A stretch of DNA of 36,596 nucleotides from Thermoproteota archaeon (lineage in GTDB: Archaea; Thermoproteota; EX4484-205; JAAOZP01). This document shows positions 36,595-36,596 of this stretch, piece by piece (within the stretch, counting starts at the first letter, position 1; the number at the start of each line of letters is the position of its first letter). The DNA lies in contig JBNAVT010000022.1 of assembly GCA_049700215.1 (NCBI GenBank), positions 1 through 36,596 of the forward strand, written 5' to 3'. Under the pieces are notes generated by a model. The model made no database searches and had not been told where the DNA came from. It was given only the letters and a program-made list of their open reading frames with translations. Both the position numbers and the translations under genes were made by a program.

Positions 36595-36596
36595 TA

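Noticed and set aside
1-36596. CRISPR array, rRNA or tRNA genes, IS elements
   Set aside because: I saw no regularly spaced repeats, RNA gene signatures or transposase motifs, and the non-coding gaps are short. Small ncRNAs such as C/D box guides cannot be excluded by eye.

Overview
A gene-dense 36.6 kb chromosomal window from an archaeon, most likely a thermophilic TACK-type heterotroph. This assignment is inference from TATA/BRE promoters about 25-30 nt before many start codons, a crenarchaeal-style PolB3, archaeal GAPN and archaeal peroxiredoxin. About 35 protein genes are present. Information processing: RNase HIII, AlaX, YjjX, a PolB3 with degenerate proofreading motifs, RimI/Ard1, an HhH-FeS protein and a PD-(D/E)XK nuclease. 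Also present: an MNT-HEPN toxin-antitoxin pair, transporters, two intramembrane proteases (one fused to an ABC permease), redox genes (including a rubredoxin missed by the ORF track) and two sugar or amino-sugar catabolic operons. The most notable items are (i) a coupled GNAT/PIG-L deacetylase/NamZ/amino-sugar kinase operon suggesting use of bacterial peptidoglycan sugars by an archaeon, (ii) an ABC permease-CPBP protease fusion, (iii) an apparently exonuclease-dead PolB3, and (iv) four decayed gene remnants with alternating (GC)n or purine-pyrimidine tracts at or next to their breakpoints. I saw no rRNA, tRNA, CRISPR array or IS element. All family calls come from motif recognition by eye, not from database searches.
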